Of a DNA stretch of 64,000 nt, positions 34,396 to 47,803 are shown piece by piece. The DNA lies in contig NC_135808.1 in assembly GCF_964213995.1 (NCBI RefSeq), positions 50,716,001 through 50,780,000 on the forward strand, given 5' to 3'. Position 1 is the stretch's first letter. Each line of letters begins with the position of its first letter. Source of the stretch: Mustelus asterias (lineage: Eukaryota). The position numbers and the translations under genes were made by a program. Below the pieces are notes generated by a model. The model was not told the DNA's origin and ran no database searches. It worked only from the letters and a program-made list of their open reading frames with translations.

Positions 34396-37300
34396 TTAAC
34401 TGTTTTGTTGTCCATTACATGTTTTCCGATTGGTGCCAGTGTATTCTTTCAACTGGGTCCAGTGTTTCCAGACGCCTCTGCCTTGCATATCTACACAGGC
34501 ACAGGTGTCTCCACTAATGATAACCTCATAGGGGCTTTTCCCTTCGGGGGCGAATCCAGGTTTTTCGGGTAAGGTTTTTACCGTAACCTTGCTGCCCGCC
34601 GGGGGTATCTCCGGGGTCTGTTCTAGTTCATTGTACTCATCGACCGCTATTTGTTTGTCCCATACTTTTTTCCGCATATCTTTTAATTGGGAGCTTAATT
34701 ATCATAGAATCATAGAAACCCTACAGTGCAGAAGGAGGCCATTCGGCCCATCCAGTCTGCACCGACCACAATCCCACCCAGGCCCTACCCCCACATATTT
34801 TACCCGCTAATCCCTCTAACCTACGCATCCCAAAACTCTAAGGGGCAATTTTTAAAAAATCTGGCCAATCAACCTAACTCGCACATCTTTGGACTGTGGG
34901 AGGAAACCGGAGCACCCTGAGGAAACCCACACAGATACGAGGAGAATGTGCAAACTCCACACAGACAGTGACCCGAGCCGGGAATCGAACCCGGGACCCT
35001 GAAGCTGTGAAGCAGCAGTGCTAACCACTGTGCTACCAGGCCGCCCTAATTCTAATACATATTGTCTAATCTTGTCCCGTAATGGGCCTCCATCTGTCCC
35101 CCCGGTAATGATGGACTCGGGCAGTTGCATAGCCCTTCCGGTCATTAGCTCATATGGTGTCAGCCCAGTGGTCCGATTTGTGGTGGCTCTGAGTTCCATT
35201 AATATGGCGGGTAATACTTCTGTCCATCTCTTTCCTGATTCCTGCATGGCCTTTGCCTAGGAGATCGTAAGTGTCCTATTCATACGTTCCACCATCCCCG
35301 AGCTTTGAGGGTGGTAGGGTATGTGAAATTTCTGTCTTATCCCCATCAGTTGACATGTGGTTTTTACAACCTTCCCCGTAAAGTGCGTGCCTTGATCGGA
35401 GTCTATTTGCAAAGGCACCCCCCATCTTGGGATAACTTCCTCAGCTAGTATTCTGGCCACTGTAGTGGCAGTACAATTTTTCATCGGGAATGCTTCTACC
35501 CATCTGGTGAATTGGTCAATAATTACCAAGCAGCAGGTTCTCCCGTGTGACTGCGGGAGAGGTCCTGGAAAGTCAACTTGCAGGTGTTCCCAGGGACCCT
35601 TAGGGCGAGGCTGGTGCCCCATCTTGATTTTTACGGGTCTTCCAGGGTTATACCGTGCACAGGTTATGCACCGGTGACAATATCGGGCAATGTCCCGTCC
35701 CATTCCTTTCCACCACCATTCCTTCCCCACACTGGTCACCGTGGCATCCCTCCCCACATGTGACAGCCCATGATGTAACCGCATCAGAGTATGCTGGATA
35801 CATTCTGGGGCTCGGACTTTATCATTTAATCTCCATCCCCCCCTCCTCCATCAGGTGTAGCTCCTTTTGAGTTTTCCCCCTCAGACGTTCTTCTTCAGGG
35901 GTATCAGCATGGAGCTGTGAGATGTCTATCGGGGTTTCGATTTTACTCGAGGCAGCTGGCAAGGCCGGCACTTCCCCTGTTTCCAAGGCAGCTCGTGCCG
36001 CTCTGTCGGCTGCCTGGTTTCCCTTAAACATATACCACTCAGGACTTTGCTTATCTGGTTCCTTGTGGTGTGCTTTTACCTTCAATACTGCGGCTTCCGA
36101 TGGGAGCTCGCTGGCTCCCAATAAGGTTGTTATTATCTGGCCATGTTTAATTGGAGTGCCTCCCATTGTGATAAATCCCCTTCTCCCCCAAACTGTCATA
36201 TAGTCATGTATAACTCCAAACGCATATCTACTGTCGGTGTGAATGTTGACCCTTTTCCCCACAGCCTCTGTAAAAGCCTGAGTCAAGGCTACCAGTTCCG
36301 CTACTTGCGCTGACATGCCTCCCTCTATTCTTCCTGCTAGAACAATTTGTAAATCCACATTCACTGTCGCCCATCCTGTTCATGGTGACCCATCTACATA
36401 TTTCCATGATCCATCCACAAATAGGACCATATCTGGTGCCTCCAGGGACACATCTTTTATTCTACCTTCGTCTACCTCCTCATCTACGTCCCCACAGGTG
36501 TGTGGGTCCCCTTCACCCAACATTCCTTCTGCGGGGTTCGTTCCCATGTCTCGTACAATGGTGATGGACTTAGTGGGTGGGAGAAGCACTGCCTCCCACT
36601 TTGCCCTTCTCACATTTGAGACAGACCGCAATTTTCCTGTGTTCAGCATTTCCACTAAGGTATGTTTGGTGTGCAAAACAATATTCCCCGTCATTATGAT
36701 GGGCTCACTGACCCTTACTGCCCATGCCGCTCAATCCAGTGCGGCTATACATCTGGGCAACCCGGCTACTGCGGGGCCCTCCGCTGTGGAATAATAACCC
36801 ACTGGCCGCTGCTTGTCCCCATGGACCTGTGTAACTACTGCCGAATAAAACCCCCCCTCATTATTACAATAGATGTGAAAATCTTTATTAGCGTTGGGCA
36901 GTCCAAGTCCCGGAGCTGTCATTAGTTCTGCTTTTAGTTTACGAGATGCCTCTTCCTGTTCTGATCCCCACTCTATAACCTCAAGAGCGGGTTTCCCCCC
37001 CTTTTATTAGCCGTGGAGGGAGTGCAGAGAAGGTTCACCCAGGTTGATACCAGAGATGAGGGGTGTTGATTATGAGGAGAGACTGAGCAGATTGGGTTTG
37101 TATTCGTTGGAATTTAGAAGGCTGAGGGGGGACCTTATAGAGACCTATAAGGTAATGAAGGGTCTGGATAGGGTAGAGGTGGAGAGATTCTTTCCACTTA
37201 GAAAGGAAACTAGAACTAGATGGCACAGCCTCAAAATAAAAGGGGGTCAGTTTAGGACAGAGTTGAGGAGGAACTTCTTCTCTCAGAGGGTGGTGAATCT

Positions 37301-38790
37301 CTGGAATTCTCTGCCCACTGAAGTGGTGGAGGCTACCTCATTGAATATGTTTAAATCACGGATAGATGGATTCCTGATCGGTAAGGGAATTAGGGGTTAT
37401 AGGGATCAGGCGGGTAAATGGAACTGATCCACTTCAGATCAGCCATGATCTTATTGAATGGCGGGGCAGGCTCGAGGGGCTAGATGGCCTACTCCTGCTC
37501 CTATTTCTTATGTTCATATGTTTTTTGTACTGGTTCGGCGAGCCTGGCAAATTCCAGTATAAAGTTGCGACTGTAATTAAACAGTCCCAAAACCTTCCTG
37601 ACCCCTCGGACAGTTACTGGTCTTGGCATTTGCTGAATGGACATTTTCCTGTCCAATGGCATTTCTTTGGTCCCCTGGGATATCAGGTGTCCCAAATATA
37701 ACACCTGCTCTTTCCCTATTTGGGCTTTCCTGGGGCTCGCCTTTAGTCCCTGTTCTTCTAAGTGTTTCAAGACTGAGTATAGCACCGTCTGATGTTCTGC
37801 TCTAGTTTCGGAGGCTATTAAGATATCATCTACATACTGCAGAATTGTGCTCCCTTTTGGGACTTCCACCTGTTCTAATATCTTACTCATTACCCGGTGA
37901 AATATAGCCGGGCTGTTATGGAAGCCGTGCGGGAGCCTAGTCCATGTGCACTGCTTATCGCCCACGGTAAATGCAAATTTATCTTGCGAATTAGGGTCCA
38001 GGGGAATGGACGACAAACCGTTGGCGATATCCAATCCCGTGAAGATTCCATGGGATGGTGACAACCCGTTTAAAATGGTGGAGGGGCGAGGCCACGATGG
38101 GGTGTAGCTTGGGGGTCACTTTATTTGAAGCTGTATAATCAATGGTTAATCTATAGCTCCCGTCCGGTTCAGACACCGGGCCAGGTGGGGGAGTTGGTGG
38201 TACGAGTGGTTTCCCGTAGGATCCCTCTCTTTACCAATCCCGTCGCAATTTCCTCGATGCCTTTGGGCTTAATCGGGTTTTGCCGATGTGGTTTATGTTC
38301 TGGCCCTACCACTATTATAGGGTCAATTTTGACGAATCCAGTATCTAGTTTCGTTTCCGCCCACACACCGGGGACGGAGGCGCAGATGGCGCCAAATCCA
38401 GTACCGTCTAACTGCCAGTCGCGTCCCGTTGCAGATGCTGCATGGATGGTCCCTAAATGGTTTACATATGTTCCTACCCTGTCTTTTCTCCCATCGGGGC
38501 GGGGCCAAATCAATTCACCTTTCCCACAATCTATTCAGACTTTGTATTCCTTCATTAGGTCATTTCCCATAATAGTTCCTTCATTATTTCTACATACGTA
38601 AAATCGCATAGATATATACAGGTTATTAATTTCTACTAGGTGGTTTCACTTAAGTAGGCAGGGGTCTTCTGTCCGTTAACACCCCTTATATAGATCATTT
38701 TATTGGTGGTGGGCAAGGGTAGATCAGTGATAGATATGGAGGCTCCCGTGTCCACCAGCATTTCACATTGCCTTCCCCCGACTAGTGCAG
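34396..38790 (-). pseudogene. pol: ERV pro-pol (disrupted)
   Basis: MLVDTGAS; LDIANG, WTRLPHGFHNSP, LQYVDDILIA; tether PVGYYS; RNase H LFVDGS, SAQVAEL, TDSRYAFG; IN HHGLSH..CITC, IDSDQGTHF, SSGMVERMN. Confidence 0.92.
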
Positions 38791-38842
38791 ACACGTAGAT
38801 TCTACCCTCTTTTGTGCCCAGGCTTGTGGAGGCTGCCTCCCG

Positions 38843-40140
38843 TCAATTCCCTCCCTCGTCAATGAGGGGAGGGCGAAGCAGTTGACTCGGTCTGCCGTGC
38901 TTGCTCCAACAGGTGGCCTCAGTGTGGCCAACCTTATTACAAAACAGGCAGGTAGGGGCTTTTCCACTGCCCCCCTTTGGAGCTCTACAGCCTCTGGCAA
39001 AGTGACCCGGTTTCCCACAATTATAGCACGCACCCTTGGGTTTAGCCCCCCCACTGTTTGCACTAACTGTTTCCTGTTTTATTCGTGGGTATGGTTTCTC
39101 ATCTGGTCCATCTCTAATTCCAGATGCCCATTCTACTAATTCATCATAAGCCTGGGTATTGAGAACTCCCATTTTAAGGATTTTCTGGTGAGCTGGCGAT
39201 AGCCCATCTTTAAATGCTTGGAAAAAGGTTCTATCTGTTCGGGTATTCCCGAATGTTCTTGGTATACTCTAAAGAGTCGCTCCCCAAATTCGGAGGCTCC
39301 TTCACCCCTTTGTTGTTTAATATTGGTAAGTCTGGACCAATTGGTTGGTGCATTACCCAAGACTCGTTGGACTTCCGCCTTAAACCGAGTAAATGACTCA
39401 ATCATTGCCTCGATCTCGGCGGTTGTCTCTGTCGAGTACGTCCACCTTCCGCCTCGGTAATCCAACCGAGCTTTGTCGGCGACATTAGCCTGGACCCCAC
39501 CGTCACCCATTCATCTCCACTTATCCCGCGGGCAAACAGCCCGTACCAACTGGTGTATATCCCGCAAATGTAATTGGTGTCCAACCCAAAGGGTGTCCAG
39601 TTCTGCCCAAAATCTGCTATTGTTACTCCGGGGCTGGGGCCTTCCCAGGGGTGCCAAAATCTGTTGTCTTTCACCTGGGGTAAAGGGTTTATATCGGGCA
39701 GTGGGATGCTGTAACGTCCCGGCCCGAGTTATGGGAGCGAGATCATGGACCTCTTCCTCATCAGGGTTTCCCACTGGTGCCGTGGGTTGTACGGCCGGCC
39801 CATAGGGAGGCAAGAATCCCCCGGCAGGGTCCTCTAAAAGTTGGTTCCGCTTCTCTAATTTGCTATTGCGTGTTTCCAACGTTTTAATTTTTGCTTTGTC
39901 GTCAGCCCATTTCTTACTCGAGACTGAGACCTGTCCAATTAATCCAGCCAATTGGTGAACTAAGAGAACCCCAATTTTCTTAGTTCTGTCTTTCTTTTCT
40001 TTTTCCAACCATTTTCGTTATTGGTCTAGTGGGTGGTCTAAATCCGATCCCCCTTTTATCATCTGTTTAATGAGTTTGTCCCTCTTAATTATATGTTCAG
40101 GTATCAGGGACCCCGGGCCCCACTGTCCTTGTCCCGCCAT
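38843..40140 (-). pseudogene. gag: ERV gag (disrupted)
   Basis: Starts MAGQGQWGPG; PPY/PTAP late-domain-like motifs; MHR-like IKQQRGEGASEFGERL; two CCHC knuckles CYNCGKPGHFARGC and CLFCNKVGHTEATC. Confidence 0.85.
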
Positions 40141-40632
40141 ATCATTGATAAGGTCATACTCACCACCTTGGAGTCTTCTAATCTCCTTTCTCGCTCTCTC
40201 CCTCCCAGGTTTCTCTTATCTGAGTTCGGTGATACCTGTCAGGGGTGATCAGATCCCTCCGTACCACCACTTACACAATATTTTTATTCAGCTGGCTTTC
40301 ACATGAAGGCTTTTCCTTCCACTCCGGGACCACTCAGACAGTCTCTATCGATCACTCATCACTCACGTCTGAACATCACACCTCAGGCAACCCTGACACC
40401 CATTTCAAATCCGAACATCAGCGTGGGAGATTCCTCCTCTTAACAGTCAGTTTACGGCAGGGTGTCAGAGCCAATTGCCTCCTTGTCCGTATGTGCTCAG
40501 TTCAGACGTCTTTCATCAGTTCAGACACTCTCTCATCACAGATGGTCACCCAATGTATTTTGACCCACTTCATCAAGTTCAGTAACTATTCCGGTCTCCC
40601 ATTCGTGGCCATTCGACTGGTCCCGTAAACAA

Positions 40633-40650
40633 TCCCGGGTTTCGGCACCA
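40633..40650 (-). promoter_or_regulatory. Primer binding site, tRNA-Phe
   Basis: Minus strand TGGTGCCGAAACCCGGGA, complementary to the vertebrate tRNA-Phe 3' end UCCCGGGUUUCGGCACCA. Confidence 0.92.
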
Positions 40651-40652
40651 TT

Positions 40653-41257
40653 CGTCGCAGGTAAAGATACCTCTGAGTCTATTCGTAGGTCAAAATACTT
40701 TGGTTTATTTGCACAATTGTGGGAGACCGTCCGATGCCTAACATGGCCTCAGATGTCTCAGCAAATACAGGCTAAACACATACATTTATACCCCACCTTG
40801 CACGTACGCAGTTTCCCAGGCTCACAGGTTCCCAGGCGGTTGCACATCTTCCTGTGTGAACCTTGCTGCCTTGGTGTTTTCTTCACGGTCATCCCAAGGC
40901 CGTGAGTGTTGTTGTTCTCTGTGAGCACAGGTGGGGTATCTTACTAACGTACAAAGTTACAGTCTTCGCACAAACAAGTTAATTGGCATACAACAATTTA
41001 TATACGTTTGTAGGTACTTGTATAATGTAATCGGTACAGGTTATGATGAATATATATGAAGGTATCATAATACGTCACAAAAGGCAGAGATATAGGCGTC
41101 CATTGTTACACAGCAATACATAATTAAAGAATACAAAATGGCGGATTAGCCACATTCTTGAACTGAAATACATACAACAGCTGTGCTCTTATCTGTTCTG
41201 GAAACATGAGCATGGAAACCCTAACGTAAACATGAGTTCTACAGTATTTCTCACACA
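40653..41257 (-). mobile_element. ERV 5' LTR (outer boundary approximate)
   Basis: Abuts the PBS. Minus-strand TATAAA near 40790 and AATAAA near 40706; TG start at 41255 or 41257. Confidence 0.7.
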
Positions 41258-41319
41258 AGCTCTAAATATCACAGAGGTCACTGTGACACTTCGAGTATTG
41301 AAGTTCATTAACCCATTCC

Positions 41320-41950
41320 TGACTTCATCATTGACCAGATACTGAACTGGGTGAGCCATAGAAAAACCGTGGTTACAAGAACAGGTCAGAGACTAGGAAT
41401 CCTGCAGTGAGACGCTCACCTCCTGACCCCCAAGGCCTGTCCACCATCTACAAGACACAAGTGTGATGGAATACTCTCCACTTGCCTGGATGAATGCAGC
41501 TCCAACAACATTCAAGAAGCTAGACACCATCAGGACAAAGCAGCCTGCTTGATTGTTACCCCTTCCACAAACCCTCCACCACCAATGAACAGTGACAGCC
41601 GTGTGTACCATCTACAAAATACGCTGCAGGAACTCACCAAGTCTCCTTCAACAGCACCTTCCAAACACACAAGCACTACCACCTAGAAGGACAAGGGCAG
41701 CAGACACCTGGGACACCATCACCTGGAGATTCCCCACCAACTCATTCACCATCCTGACTTGGAAATATATCGCCCTTTCTTCACTGTCACTGGGTCAAAA
41801 TCCTCAAACTCCCTCCCTAACAGCATTGTGGATGTACCAACACCTCATGGACTGCAGCAGTTCAAGAAGGCAGCTCACGGGCAAATAGGGATGGGTAATA
41901 AATGTTGGCCAAGCCAGCGATCCCCACATCCTGTAAAAATGAATTAAAAA
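41320..41950 (+). mobile_element. LINE 3' fragment
   Basis: VMEYSPLAWMNAAP, AVCTIYKIRCRNSP; same family as 7020-7875. Confidence 0.85.
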
Positions 41951-41954
41951 GGGA

Positions 41955-44900
41955 AGGTCCGGAAATCAGAGCTTTGCGCACTTGAAATGGGAGACAGCGT
42001 GACTGAGGCAGCCAGAGTGGGATTGAAACTTGGCCTTTTGAAACAGTGCGGTAATTCAGTGCAGAGTGGGAGGAGATGCTGTTTTCCCTTTTTGTTTTGT
42101 TTTCTTTCTTCTTGCTCCGTAACTGTTATTCTGCAGGGAGAAATCCAGAGAGTATCCTGGGAAAGTAAGTGATATGAAGACCAACCTCATGTGAGAAGTG
42201 AAGGTCAGAGTTTAATAAATTTTCTTCAATAATTTAATTGGTGAGAGAAATGTCGGTCAAATGCTGGCACTTGGGAGATGTGGGAGATCCGTGAGGCTTC
42301 CAGCGTCTCGGAAGACTACATCTGCTGGAAGTGCACCCAATTGCAGCTCCTCACAGACCACATGGATAGGTTGGAGCAGCAGTTGGATGCACTTCGGAGC
42401 ATGAAGATGGTGGAAAGCATCATAGGCAGGAGTTTTAGTGATGTGGTGACACCCAAGGTGCAGGCAGATAGATGGGTGACCGCTAGAAGGGGCAGGCATT
42501 CAGTGCAGGAATTCCCTGTGGTCGATCCCCTCTCTAACAAGTCTACCATTTTGGATATTGTTGGGGGGATGGCCTATCAGGGATAACAGCAGCAGCAGCC
42601 AGAGCAGTGGCACCATGGCTGGCTCTGTTGCTAAGCAGGGAGGGATAAAGAGCACTCGAGCAATAGTTATCGGGGACGCTATAGTTAGGGGTACGGATAG
42701 GCAATTCTGTGGACGTAAAAGAGACTCCAGGATGGTATGTTGCCTCCCTGGTGCCAGGGTCAGGATATCTTTGAACGGGAGAGAGCATTCTGAAGGGAGA
42801 GGCTGAACAACCAGAGGTTGTGGTACGTATTGGTACTAACGACATAGGTAGAAAGAGTGATGCGGTCCTGCAGCAGCAGTTTAGGGAGTTAGGTAGAAAG
42901 TTAAAAAGCAGGGTCCCTAGGGTTGTAATCTCAGGATCACTCCCTGTGCCATGTGCCAGTGAAGCTAGAAATAGGAAGATAGTACAGCTCAACACGTAGA
43001 ACATAGAACATAGAACATTACAGCGCAGTACAGGCCCTTCGGCCCTCGATGTTGCGCCGACCAAGGAAACCAATCTAAAGCCCATCTGACCTACACTATT
43101 CCAATATCATCCATATGTTTATCCAATGACCATTTAAATGCCCTTAATGTTGGCAAGTCCACTACTGCTGCAGGCAGGGCATTCCATGCCCTTACTACTC
43201 TCTGAGTAAAGAACCTACCTCTGACATCTGTCCTATATCTATCACCCCTCAATTTAAAGCTATGTCCCCTCGTGCTAGCTATCACCATCCGAGGAAAAAG
43301 GCTCTTACCATCCACCCTATCTAATCCTCTGATCATCTTGTATGCCTCTATTAAGTCAACTCTTAACCTTCTTCTCTCTAACGAGAACAACCTCAAGTCC
43401 CTCAGCCTTTCCTCATAAGACCTTCCCACCATACCAGGCAACATCCTGGTAAATCTCCTCTGCACCCTTTCCAATGCTTCCACATCCTTCCTATAATGCG
43501 GTGACCAGAACTGTACGCAATACTCCAAGTGCGGCCGCACCAGAGTTTTGTACAGCTGCAACATGACCTCCTGGCTCTGAAACTCAATCCCTCTACCAAT
43601 AAAAGCTAACACTCCGTACGCCTTCTTAACAACGCTATCAACCTGGGTGCCAACTTTCAGGGACCTATGCACATGGACACCCAGATCTCTCTGTTCATCC
43701 ACACTACCAAGTATCTTACCATTAGCCCAGTACTCTGTAATCCTGTTACTCCTTTCAAAGTGAATCACCTCACACTTTTCTGCATTGAACTCCATTTGCC
43801 ACCTCTCAGCCCAGCACTGCAGCTTATCGATGTCCCTCTGTAACCTGCAACAACCTTCCGCACTGTCCACAACTCCACCAACTTTAGTGTCATCCACAAA
43901 TTTACTAACCCATCCTTCTACGCCCTCATCCAGGTCATTTATAAAAATGACAAAAAGCAGTGGTCCCAAAACAGATCCTTGCAGTACACCACGAGAAACT
44001 GAGCTCCAGGATGAACATTTTCCATCAACCACCACCCTCTGTCTTCTTACAGCTAGCCAATTCCTGATCCAAACTGCTAAATCACCCTCAATCCCATGCC
44101 TCCGTATCTTCTGCAATAGCTTAGCGTGGGGAACCTTATCAAATGCTTTACTGAAATCCATATACACCACATCAACTGCGTTACCCTCATCCACCTCTTT
44201 GGTCACCTTCTCAAAGGACTCAATAAGGTTTGTGAGGCACGACCTACCCTTCACAAAACCGTGCTGACTATCCCTAATCAAATTATTCCTTTCTAGATGA
44301 TTATAAATCCTATCTCTTATAATCCTTTCCAATACTTTGCCCACAACAGAAGTAAGGCTTACTGGTCTATAATTACCGGGGTTGTCTCTACTTCCCTTCT
44401 TGAACAAGGGGACAACATTTGCTATCCTCCAGTCTTCTGGCACTATTCCTGTAGACAATGACGACATAAAGATCAAAGCCAAAGGCTCTGCAATCTCTTC
44501 CCTAGTCTCCCAGAGAATCCTGGGATAAATCCCATCCGGCGCAGGGGACCTATCTATTTTCACACTTTCCAGAATTGCTAACACCTCCTCCTTATTAACC
44601 TCAATCCCGTCTAGTCCAACAGCCTGTATCTCAGTATTCTCCTCGACAACATTGTCTTTTTCCTGCGTGAATACTGATGAAAAATATTCATTTAGCGCCT
44701 CTCCTATCTCTTCAGGCTCCACGCAGCTGAACAGCTGGTGCAGGAGGGAGAGTGTCAGATATCTGGACCATTGGGATCTCTTCCAGGACAGGTGGGACCA
44801 GTTCAAGAAGGACGGGTTGCGTCTAAACTGGAGGGGTGTAAATATTCTGGCCAGTAGGTTTGCGAGTGCCACGCGGGAGGGGGGGTGGGTGGGGGGTGGG

Positions 44901-45439
44901 CGGGGGGAGGGGGTACTAAAGCAAAGGTGAATTGACCGAAGGGGAATGAGAGAGTCGGGCCAGTAAGACTCAGTGAAAGAGGGGGCAGGGTGGGGTTGCT
45001 GATCAAAGAGGGTCTGGTGAACTGAAGAGCATTTGTTTCATTGCGAGAAGTGTTACGGGTAAGGCAGATGAACTTAGAGCTTGGATTGGAGAACCGTGGT
45101 TTGTTCTCATTGGAACGATAGAGGTTGAGGGCGACCTGATAGACGTCTACAAGATTATGAGGGGCATGGACAGAATGATTAGTCAGAAGCTTTTTCCCAG
45201 GGTGGAGGAGTCAATTACTAGAGGGCATAGGTTTAAGGTGCGAGGGGCAAGGTTTAAAGGAGATGTTCGAGGCAACTTTTTTAAACAGAGGGTGGTGGGT
45301 GCCTGGAACTCGCTACTGGGGGATGGAGTGGAAGCAGATACGATAGTGACTTTTAAGGGTCTTGACAAATACAAGAATAGAATGGGAATAGAGGGATATG
45401 GTCCCAAGAAGGGTAGGGGGTTTTAGTTCAGTCGGGCAG
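41955..45439 (+). mobile_element. CR1 with ORF1 (zinc finger + SGNH esterase), ORF2 start joined to a 3' fragment; split by an antisense CR1
   Basis: YICWKCTQLQLL, VIGDAIVRG, VCCLPGARV, IGTNDIG, DGLRLN. LKSICFIARSVTGKADELRAWI then jumps near 45088 to the ORF2 C-terminus. Confidence 0.85.
42997..44723 (-). mobile_element. 5'-truncated young CR1 LINE with complete open RT domain
   Basis: About 540 open codons: NYRPVSLTS, QHGFVKGRSC, DFSKAFD, KFVDD. (TTCTATG)n tail; CACG at both junctions. Confidence 0.95.
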
Positions 45440-45441
45440 TG

Positions 45442-47803
45442 TGGTGAACCATTGTTGGTTACCACCAGGAGTGCTGAGCCATGGTCTGGCCAGTACTATG
45501 AGTCTGTAGATATGTTACTGTTGGGGTTAGGGTTGGGCTGTTCTACCTGTTAATATCGTCCTATGGTACACCCCAGTTGACTCCGCCTCCTGGGAGAGGT
45601 ATAAAGGTCACTGCTCTGCCTGGTGACCCTTTAGTCTGGGATTGTATACTGCATATAGTAGCTCCGTTATTGTTGGTAATAAAAGCCTTTATTTCCCGGG
45701 TACATCCTGCCTCCCGTGTGATTTATCGCGCATCAATTTTATTGCCAACAAGTAAAATTTTTTTTCTTTAAAAAACAAAAGAAAACCATGGAGCAAATGC
45801 TGAAACCCGAGCAGCTTACGTTGGACCCACGTGCGGTGGGAGCATCGAACACTTTCGACCACTGGTTGAAGTGTTTCCAAGATTACCTCGACGCCTCCAC
45901 AGTGGTCAACAACGACGCCGACAGACTCCGGGTCCTCCACGCGAGGGTAAGCGACACTGTATACCTCGCGATCCGTGCAGCCACCGACTACAAAGGGGCC
46001 CTCGAGCTTCTCAAAAAGTGATACAACAAACCGCCGAATGAGATCCATGCTCGACACCTTCTAGCCACTCGACGGCGGCAGCCCGGCGAAACGACGGAAC
46101 AGTACGTGTGTGAACTTCAGCAGCTAGCCAGAGCCTGCAACTGCAAGTCAGTGTCGGCAGCCCAGTACATGAGCGACTTAGTTCGAGATGCGTTCGTGGC
46201 GGGAATCGGCTCGTCGTACATCCGCCTTCGGCTGTTGGAGCAAGGTAACCTCGATCTCACTAAAACCATAGAGTTAGCTGACGCTCTAGAAACGGCCTCC
46301 AAAAGTCTGGAGATGTACCCCGACGACCACGTGGGGACATTGTGGCAGGGGCAGTCACAGACCCCACTTCATTCAGTGGGACCGAAAAACTGCGCGATTG
46401 CGTTTCCAGCCTCGGACCTGACGACGGCAGCAGCTCCAGGTGGCCCGCGGTGTTACTTCTGTGGGGGGGTGAAACACCCTCGGCAGCGATGTCCAGCTAA
46501 AGCGGTGTTGTGCTCTGCTTGCGGCAAGAAGGGACATTATTCCAAAGTATGCCGGACCAAACCTCCATCCAAAAACAGCAGTGCGGCGTGTGACTCCCCG
46601 GAGCCGGCCTCCTTGTCGTCTGCGTCTTCAAGGTCTTCTACCACGTGCGATTCCAGGACGTCGCCATTCCGAACGACGGAGTCGCAAGACACGTGCGACC
46701 TGCAGGGGCCGCAGGTTTTGGCGCCATCGTCCACGTGCGACCTATGGGGGCAGCCATTTTGGTCGGCACCGACCGCGAATGACCAGCAGGGGTCGTCATC
46801 AACCATCTCAGCTGCCTGCAGTTGCACCCACGAACCAACGGTGGTGTTGATCATCCTGGACCAGGCCAAGCCTCACAGACTCGACAAGTCCATGATGGAC
46901 ATACAGGTAAACAAACGCCAGATTTATTGTTTGTTTAACAGCGGGAGCACGGAGAGCTTCATTCACCCTGACACCGTGAAGCGGTGTGGTTTCCAGATTC
47001 GGACTGTCAAGCAGACAATTTCGATGGCGTCAAGGTCCCGATCTGTCACCGTGCTAGGGAGCTGCGTTGTTAATCTGACGGTGCAGGGCACGATTTACGA
47101 GAACTTCAGGCTCCTTGTGTTACCGCACCTTTGCGCGCCGATACTCCTAGGACTAGATTTTATGGTCCACCTGAAGAGTGTAACCCTGCAGTATGATGGG
47201 CCACTCCCCCCGCTTTCAGTGGAAGACCCGCAGCCTCTAAATTGCCCAACGCGTTCCACATGTAGTCTCTCAACGATCAGGATTACCACACCCTCCCTAT
47301 TCCAGAATCTCGTGCCAGGCTGCAAGCCCATCGCAACAAAGAGCAGGCATTACAGCGCTGAGGATCGGATCTTCATTCGATCTGAAGTTCAGCGGCTCCT
47401 CAAGGAAGGGATCATCCAACCTAGCGCTAGTCCTTGGAGAGCGCAAGTCGTGGTGGTTAAGAATGGGAACAAACCCCGGATGGTCATAGACTATAGTCAG
47501 ACCATTAACAGATACACCATTGTTGGTTACCACCAGGAGTGCTGAGCCATGGTCTGGCCAGTACTATGAGTCTGTAGATATGTTACTGTTGGGGTTAGGG
47601 TTGGGCTGTTCTACCTGTTAATATAGTCCTATGGTACACCCCAGTTGGCTCCGCCTCCTGGGAGAGGTATAAAGGTCACTGCTCTGCCTGGTGACCCTTT
47701 AGTCTGGGATTGTATATTGTATATAGTAGCTCTGTTATTGTTGGCAATAAAAGCCTTTATTTCCCGGGTACATCCTGCCTCCCGTGTGATTTATCGCGCA
47801 TCA
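45442..47803 (+). mobile_element. Young Gypsy LTR retrotransposon, internally deleted (LTR 45442-45735, gag-pro-RT start, LTR 47516-47803)
   Basis: LTRs differ at about 6 of 288 positions. gag ATG at 45788 with one stop at 46019; CYFCGGVKH/CSACGKKGHYSKVC; LFNSGS protease; RT breaks at MVIDYSQTINRYT. Confidence 0.93.

Larger units (their letters stand above)
31312..41257 (-). mobile_element. Decayed endogenous retrovirus (5' LTR-PBS-gag-pro-pol-spacer-second IN tail-env start); 3' LTR not found
   Basis: Colinear gag, PR, RT, connection, RNase H, IN and env motifs with stops and frameshifts. Interrupted by a CR1 (about 37008-37519) and a SINE (34703-35046). Confidence 0.92.

Noticed and set aside
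43091-44872. 593-aa, 399-aa and 326-aa RT ORFs as host genes
   Set aside because: 5'-truncated CR1 ORF2 pieces whose N-termini come from flanking DNA.
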